From the NCBI GenBank assembly GCA_049423385.1, contig JBMSQQ010000088.1, positions 1-13,871 on the forward strand: 13,871 nt of DNA, read 5' to 3'. Shown here piece after piece: positions 8,815 to 13,871 of this stretch. Below the pieces are notes generated by a model. That model saw only the letters and a list, made by a program, of their open reading frames with translations, did not search any database and was not told where the DNA came from. This stretch comes from Silvanigrellaceae bacterium (lineage in GTDB: Bacteria; Bdellovibrionota_B; Oligoflexia; Silvanigrellales; Silvanigrellaceae). Made by a program: the position numbers and the translations under genes. Position 1 is the first letter of the stretch. The number at the start of each line of letters is the position of its first letter.

Positions 8815-9225
8815 ATGATGATGAATGGAGCGGGGGTGAAATTGCGTGGGCCGGTGATCCGGATTGTGGCGGCATTGGCAATGATTATGGTTATGGCCTC
8901 TGCCTGGGTGGTCTGGCCCGCTGTGAGCTTTCTCTACAGGGAAAGAACTCTCGCGGAAGCGGTGCGAAAATATTCTGAAACATCGGGAATTCTGATGACG
9001 GCCGACGATGATGTTCGCGGCTATCTGGTCAAACTGGCAAGCCACTACAAATTGCAACTCGCTGAGGGTGATGTCGAGATTGACTATTTGGACACACCTG
9101 AGGCCTTTGGTGTTCCAGGCCGTATCGGATACACTCTCTTTGCCAAAGTCGACTTTCATGGCTTTCGCGCGATACCGCTGGTGGCCCAAAGGTCGTTTGT
9201 CGTGACGTCCAGAAAAGCCGATTGA
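8815..9225 (+). CDS. Small single-TM membrane protein, DUF4845-like
   Basis: ATG 8815 with AAGGA upstream, 22 nt after lepA. One N-terminal hydrophobic helix ending in Pro (IVAALAMIMVMASAWVVWP) is followed by helices and short beta strands. Size, layout and position after lepA resemble DUF4845 (recall, not searched). Confidence 0.65.
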   Translation: MMMNGAGVKLRGPVIRIVAALAMIMVMASAWVVWPAVSFLYRERTLAEAVRKYSETSGILMTADDDVRGYLVKLASHYKLQLAEGDVEIDYLDTPEAFGVPGRIGYTLFAKVDFHGFRAIPLVAQRSFVVTSRKAD

Positions 9226-9271
9226 GCTCCGTGCCGAATGCCAGGTTTTTGCGAAGTGACAGGGAGTCATC

Positions 9272-10255
9272 ATGAGCGCAGAAAAATGTCAGGAGTTGTT
9301 GAACACGCTTTTGGATTATTCGTGTTCTCCTGAATTCTCCGATCAAATGAGCATCGCGCGCGAATTGTTTGCCATCGCAACCGGCAAGGTCAACGATGAC
9401 GACCCTTTCTATGACAACCGTATGTGTTCGTTTCAGGAATATTTCCTGTTTGATTATCGCCTTTCGGATGTCTTCTCGGGTTCCACCGTTTTCGAATTGT
9501 ATCTGTTGCAGGCGCAATCGAGGTTGAGCCCGGATGAGCTCAACAATTTCGAACAGCTTCGGAGTTTCCGTCACTCATTGTTTCTCGTTGAAAAGGTTTT
9601 GCCACAAAGCCTGGTGGTCACCGACCTAATCGCCCAACAGAGATTTGAAGTTTATTCACTTTCGGAATTCATGTTTGCCGGTTTCGAGGCTGGCCTCGTT
9701 TTTGAAGGCCGTGCAGTGACCTTCAATGGTGTCGATTATTTTACTGGCGCTTTCATCATCCACCCTGAAGATGTTCGTGGAAAAATAGAAAAATACGTAC
9801 GGCAATTTCTGGTCAGCGGCATTCATTGCAATGCCCAGCACACGGCCGACTGGCGAGCGGAACTCACACGCAGACATTCATTGCTGTCGTCTGTCAGCGA
9901 ACAAAAACGGGTGGCGGAATCTGCGGACAAGAAAAGAGCCATAGACATGCTCAAGGCCAACAAGCAGTTGGTCAGTGTTTCCAGAATTGTCAGTTCACCC
10001 CACCTGGTGATGGCGATTGGCCGTCAGGAGCAGGTTTCGCCGAGCGTTCCGGAAACGTCGTTTTACGATGCTATTCCGCTCATTCACAAACTCGCTTACT
10101 GCGAGATGAAGAGCTACCGCTACAAGCACATTGGTCCGGAAAAAGTCTACACCCTTGAGGCTGATGATCAGGGCAAGATGGTTCTTGCACCGTCGCTCAA
10201 TCACCCGAACTCCGAGCCACCTGCTGTTGTGCCAAGCTCAGGCAAGGCTATTTGA
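9272..10255 (+). CDS. Conserved hypothetical cytoplasmic protein
   Basis: 327-aa ORF with GGGAG RBS. Motifs ARELF...TGKVNDDDPFYDNRM..FQEYFLFDY, FRHSLF, FEGR, FIIHP and KSYRYKHI...VY resemble an uncharacterised family I recall from Myxococcota/Bdellovibrionota. Confidence 0.8.
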   Translation: MSAEKCQELLNTLLDYSCSPEFSDQMSIARELFAIATGKVNDDDPFYDNRMCSFQEYFLFDYRLSDVFSGSTVFELYLLQAQSRLSPDELNNFEQLRSFRHSLFLVEKVLPQSLVVTDLIAQQRFEVYSLSEFMFAGFEAGLVFEGRAVTFNGVDYFTGAFIIHPEDVRGKIEKYVRQFLVSGIHCNAQHTADWRAELTRRHSLLSSVSEQKRVAESADKKRAIDMLKANKQLVSVSRIVSSPHLVMAIGRQEQVSPSVPETSFYDAIPLIHKLAYCEMKSYRYKHIGPEKVYTLEADDQGKMVLAPSLNHPNSEPPAVVPSSGKAI

Positions 10256-10312
10256 TCTGTTCGAGTCGTCGCTGAATTGTTGAGAACGGAAAGCGACGTA
10301 ACGTCTGCAGAC

Positions 10313-10948
10313 TCAAAATTTTTGCTTTGTGTCCAGCAATTTTTCAATTGCCAGCGTCAGCTCCCTGGAATCAGGCTCAGTTGAGCTTGGAAAGACGTTG
10401 GCAACTTTGCCCTGCTTGTCGATCAGGTACTTCCAGAAATTCCATTCAGGTGTTTTGCGGGTTGAACTGTTCGGATTTTGGATGGTCAGGAATTCATAAA
10501 CGGTTGAGCGGGGAAGCGAGGTGACGTTGACCTTTGAAAACATGGGGAACGAGACCTTGAACTTGAATTCGCAGAATTTTTTCACTTCCGAATTGCTGCC
10601 AGGCTCTTGCCCGCCAAAGTCATTCGAGGGGAAGCCCAAAACTATAAATCCCTTGTCTTTGTATTTGCGGTAGGTCTCTTCGAGCCCTCTGTATTGTGGG
10701 GTGTAACCGCATTGCGATGCTGTGTTCACGACCAGCAGGACTTTGTTTTTGTATTGGCTGAACAGCACAGGTTTGCCCGAGATGTCGTCGGCGGATAAAG
10801 AGTGAAAACTTGCATTGCGGCTTTGGCTGACGGGCTGTGGAGGAGATGACTTTGCAAATCCCTGCTGGGGAAAGAGCAGAAAAAAAGAGGTTGATGCCAA
10901 TGCAAATGGATTTTTTACAAACCAACAGAAATGCAAATTTATTCTCAC
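10313..10948 (-). CDS. Glutathione peroxidase family protein (Cys-type) with N-terminal signal peptide
   Basis: NTASQCGYTPQY, LGFPSNDFGGQEPG and WNFWKYLID are the three GPx signatures. GTG at 10948 has AGGAG 7 nt upstream, so the 309-aa track ORF is over-extended. Confidence 0.93.
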   Translation of the reverse strand: MRINLHFCWFVKNPFALASTSFFLLFPQQGFAKSSPPQPVSQSRNASFHSLSADDISGKPVLFSQYKNKVLLVVNTASQCGYTPQYRGLEETYRKYKDKGFIVLGFPSNDFGGQEPGSNSEVKKFCEFKFKVSFPMFSKVNVTSLPRSTVYEFLTIQNPNSSTRKTPEWNFWKYLIDKQGKVANVFPSSTEPDSRELTLAIEKLLDTKQKF

Positions 10949-11003
10949 GCCGAGACTCCTCTCAAAGGACTGAAGTGAGTCTAGCAGAGAGGCTGCGTTG
11001 AAA

Positions 11004-11483
11004 CTATCGGCCTTTCTTTTCGGGCGGAAAAAGCAGTGGCTCGCCCTCTCGTGGTTTTGCCGGGATTTTCTCGATTGAATCCGTTTCGAGTTTGTTTGAA
11101 GTTGTTCGTCTCTGGTGACAATGTTGAGCTGCAGCCACTTCATCCTCATGCAGTACCGATGTTTCCTGAAAAATACCATTGATGTAGCTGGTTTGGGTGA
11201 GCAGGTTGTTGTCTGTGATGGACTCATACTCTGTCTCATCATCTTCGCCAGGCTGGATGGAATTCAGATCGCTGCCCGATTCGATTCCAGGCCCAACTCC
11301 GCCGTCGAGACCGAGGAGAAGTGCGTTCGTTCGTGTGTCGATCCGGCGCTCGAGTTCAATGCCGAGGTCGATTGGTACTTCATCCATGGGTAGAACATGA
11401 CGATGAGGGTTGACCGTTCTCAGTACTTTTCGTTTTTTCGCTGGCTTTTGTGAAAGTGTTTCACTTGATTCATCATGTGTCAT
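11004..11483 (-). CDS. Hypothetical protein, acidic and probably largely disordered
   Basis: 159-aa ORF with a strong GGAGG RBS 7 nt before the ATG. It fills the gap between the cyclase and GPx genes in the same orientation. Confidence 0.65.
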   Translation of the reverse strand: MTHDESSETLSQKPAKKRKVLRTVNPHRHVLPMDEVPIDLGIELERRIDTRTNALLLGLDGGVGPGIESGSDLNSIQPGEDDETEYESITDNNLLTQTSYINGIFQETSVLHEDEVAAAQHCHQRRTTSNKLETDSIEKIPAKPREGEPLLFPPEKKGR

Positions 11484-11583
11484 GAATTGACCTCCAGGGT
11501 TGGGCTTGTTTCACCAAACACCGGGGAACTGCCGTTGTCATGAATCCTATTCGGTTTGTTCCTGAAAGGTAACGATCCGATTC

Positions 11584-12849
11584 TTAAGTGGAGGAAAGGT
11601 TTGCAAGTGTGAACGTCCGTACGCTGTTGCTTTTGCCTCGAACGACGTCCTCGGCAACAAAAACAAGTTTCTCGGGATGACGGAGTCGATTCAAAACCTC
11701 TTCCGTGGCCAACACATCAACCAGGTGCTTTTTCGTTAGTGCTTCCACCCTCGAGGCCGTGTTCACCGTATCACCAATAATGGTGTATTCTCGCCTGAAT
11801 TCTGCGCCAACATCGCCAACAACCGCAACGCCGGAATGAAGGCCAATTCCAATACTCAGGGGCTCTTCCGAATTGGCGAGGCGAACCTTGTTCAATTCGG
11901 CAACGGTTGTTCGCATCCGGGCGACACAATCGAGGGCTTTGTCGGCATGACCGGCATCGGCAAGCGGTGCGCCAAAGTAGGCCATGAGACCATCACCAAT
12001 GTACTTGTCGAGGGTTCCTCCGCATTCGAAAATGCATTTCACAAGCCGCTCGTGAACCGAATTCAACAAACGGACAATCTCGTGACCAGACATGTTTTCA
12101 CTGATGCGGGTGTAATCTCGAATGTCCACAAACAGAACCGTGACATCCATTTCCTTTCCTTCACGATTGATGTCCTTGCTGGATGCAAGAAAATCAACGA
12201 CGCCAGGCGAAAAATAGCGCAACATTTTTTCACGGCCGATTTGTTCCTCGTAGAAACGAATCACAAGGTCCTTGAAGCGAAGTGTCAGAAAATGGCCAAT
12301 CAAGCAGGTTGTCAAAATCAAAAAGCTACCAAATACGATTGAGTCGCGAGGTACGTTTGCCTCCAGGGTGATCACCAGCATTGCCAATAGTCCCGTGAGT
12401 CCTGTGAGCACGATATGTCTTGTACTGAAATAGAACCCTGCCAGATGGATGAGCATCATCATGAAGGATAGTGACAAAAGACCGATAGCGACCTGGACTG
12501 TGGGCCATTCGGGTGAGTCCCAAGCGGAGAACCACTGTTTCAGAAGCAAATAGACAAAAGGAACATCGATGAGAGGGAGGGCATAGGTCACAATTCTCCC
12601 GAATGTTCTTTCCTGCTTGGCAGCGACTCCCAAAACTAGCGCAACGAAAAGGTATATGACGAAAATTTTTTCATTTCCCCGAAGGGAATCCACATCCAAA
12701 ATCCAAGCCAGCATCAAATGCACCAGAAAGAAAAGTGAGATGATGAAAAATCTAATCTTGGCCAGGATACGAGTGTTTGCAATGCGCTCAATGTCGATTT
12801 GTTTCAGGAGTGCTTCATCACTGGTTTTGGAAGTTTGGCTTTTCGTCAT
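11584..12849 (-). CDS. Membrane-bound class III adenylate cyclase (about 6 TM + catalytic domain)
   Basis: VLFVDIRDYT and DKYIGDGLM carry the metal-binding Asp pair and ATP-specifying Lys. GIGLHSG and EYTIIGDTVNTASRVE carry Thr, Asn and Arg. Six hydrophobic segments lie N-terminally. Start uncertain (ATG 12849, TTG 12858 or 12864). Confidence 0.93.
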   Translation of the reverse strand: MTKSQTSKTSDEALLKQIDIERIANTRILAKIRFFIISLFFLVHLMLAWILDVDSLRGNEKIFVIYLFVALVLGVAAKQERTFGRIVTYALPLIDVPFVYLLLKQWFSAWDSPEWPTVQVAIGLLSLSFMMMLIHLAGFYFSTRHIVLTGLTGLLAMLVITLEANVPRDSIVFGSFLILTTCLIGHFLTLRFKDLVIRFYEEQIGREKMLRYFSPGVVDFLASSKDINREGKEMDVTVLFVDIRDYTRISENMSGHEIVRLLNSVHERLVKCIFECGGTLDKYIGDGLMAYFGAPLADAGHADKALDCVARMRTTVAELNKVRLANSEEPLSIGIGLHSGVAVVGDVGAEFRREYTIIGDTVNTASRVEALTKKHLVDVLATEEVLNRLRHPEKLVFVAEDVVRGKSNSVRTFTLANLSST

Positions 12850-12893
12850 GATTTTCAAAATCAACTCCAGGTTCTGTTTCCAGTATTTGCCGT

Positions 12894-12902
12894 AATATAC
12901 CA
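12894..12902 (-). promoter_or_regulatory. Possible extended -10 promoter element for the cyclase gene
   Basis: The minus strand has TGGTATATT (TGn + TATAAT-like) about 25 nt upstream of the GGAG RBS. A TATAAT also occurs at 12937-12942. No convincing -35 for either. Confidence 0.25.
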
Positions 12903-13163
12903 GTGAAGAGCTTTGAGCTCATTCAACGGGATACAAATTATATGACGGAATTGCGCCAGATGTTCTCAGGTTTCCGGGGAGGAAACTGGCGTGCGTGCTT
13001 TGGAGTTTTGTTCAGCAAGGCAAGAGGTCTAGCCCGACGGCCTGTTTCGGCTCGTGGGCAGCAATCAGGTTCCTGATGCTGTTTTCAAGAACAGCGGCAG
13101 AGTTTGAGGGATTCTTGGGCTGACGGGAGCTTCGTTGGATAGTATTTTTTTTCGAACAGTTCG

Positions 13164-13871
13164 CTATTCCAAAACCACAACCGTCGCTCCGTCTCCACCT
13201 TCGCCGGAAGTGCCAGGTCGGAAGCGGAGCTTGTAACTGCAGGTCTGAAGAAATTCGCGCAATGCGGCTTTCACACGTCCAGTTCCGTGCCCATGAACAA
13301 CAACGATGGTGTGAACGTCGTCGCGCCAGGCCTTGTCGATAAAGCGTTCGACATGTTCAATGGCGGTGTCGACCAGATGACCGCGCACGTCGACCGTGTT
13401 GTCGCGGGTGGGCAAAACCGGATCAATCGTCATGTCGAGTTTGTTCTTTTCCTTCTGTCCTATTGAGACTCCACTGCGTGGAGTTTTGCTCGCTGGCATG
13501 TTGCTCTGGCGTGCGGATTCTTCAATGGTCATCAGCGCACTGTGATGAATTTTGGTTTTGATGAGGCCAAACTGGCATTCAACGAATCCCTTGCCGTCGG
13601 CGGCCCGCAAAACTTCTCCCGGTTTTTCGAACTGTGTGCATTTGACCCTCTGGCCCGGCTTCCATTCGCGCGCTGGCTGCACCGCTTTTCGCTCGCGCGC
13701 TTCGGCGAGTACTTCGTCTGCTTTTGAGCTTGCGTCTCCGATGTCATCCAGCAATTCAGTTCGTCGGGCGTTGATTGAATCTGTTGCGTGGTCGAAAGCC
13801 TTGCGCATGACATCGAGACTGCTGCGGGCTTCGTCGATGAGGTCACGATGGGTGAGCTTTGCGGGGCGGCG
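13164..13871 (-). CDS. mutS2: MutS2 family protein, C-terminal part (coiled coil, KOW-like and Smr domains); truncated by window edge
   Basis: The frame is open to the window end. KOW-like WKPGQRVKCTQFEKPGEV...VECQFGLIKTKI is followed by Smr VDVRG...VVHGHGTGRVKAALREFL...GEGGDGATVVVL. The ATPase domain is outside the window. Confidence 0.88.
   Translation of the reverse strand, partial: RRPAKLTHRDLIDEARSSLDVMRKAFDHATDSINARRTELLDDIGDASSKADEVLAEARERKAVQPAREWKPGQRVKCTQFEKPGEVLRAADGKGFVECQFGLIKTKIHHSALMTIEESARQSNMPASKTPRSGVSIGQKEKNKLDMTIDPVLPTRDNTVDVRGHLVDTAIEHVERFIDKAWRDDVHTIVVVHGHGTGRVKAALREFLQTCSYKLRFRPGTSGEGGDGATVVVLE

Noticed and set aside
10709..10711. Possible selenocysteine in GPx
   Set aside because: The catalytic codon is TGC (Cys), not TGA.
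10949..11242. N-terminal extension of GPx in the 309-aa track ORF
   Set aside because: It overlaps the 11004-11483 gene in another frame, and a GTG with a well-spaced AGGAG at 10948 is a better start.
12530..12945. Visibly AT-richer stretch suggesting horizontal transfer
   Set aside because: Phe/Ile/Leu-rich TM codons and a promoter region explain it, and there is no integrase, IS or flanking repeat.
12942..13076. 44-codon plus-strand ORF (MTELRQMFSG...)
   Set aside because: It has no convincing RBS and no recognisable protein features.
13164..13808. Stand-alone 214-aa Smr protein as given in the ORF track
   Set aside because: The frame stays open to the window edge, and the KOW + Smr layout fits the C-terminus of full-length MutS2.
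4458..13871. ruvAB, lepA, GPx and mutS2 as one dedicated stress or quality-control system
   Set aside because: The genes lie in different orientations and transcription units and are common housekeeping genes, so co-location alone is not evidence.

Overview
This is a densely coding, moderate-GC bacterial chromosome segment. It looks Gram-negative; a Bdellovibrionota/Oligoflexia- or deltaproteobacteria-like origin is an inference from gene content only. In order it contains: an oligopeptide ABC locus on the minus strand (oppA-oppB-oppC, with oppC running off the left edge and absent from the ORF track), a PilZ-domain gene, divergent ruvA-ruvB, an exported hypothetical protein, lepA followed by a DUF4845-like membrane protein and a 327-aa hypothetical, a signal-peptide-bearing Cys glutathione peroxidase, an acidic hypothetical, a 6-TM class III adenylate cyclase, and the 3' end of mutS2 (KOW + Smr). 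I see no mobile element, CRISPR array, rRNA or tRNA. The most unusual signal is an apparent fibronectin type III domain inserted into the first extracytoplasmic loop of the OppC permease. Weaker leads are a hairpin-rich ~300-nt intergenic region upstream of the cyclase and a lepA locus that lacks lepB. All calls come from manual reading and motif recall; no searches were run.
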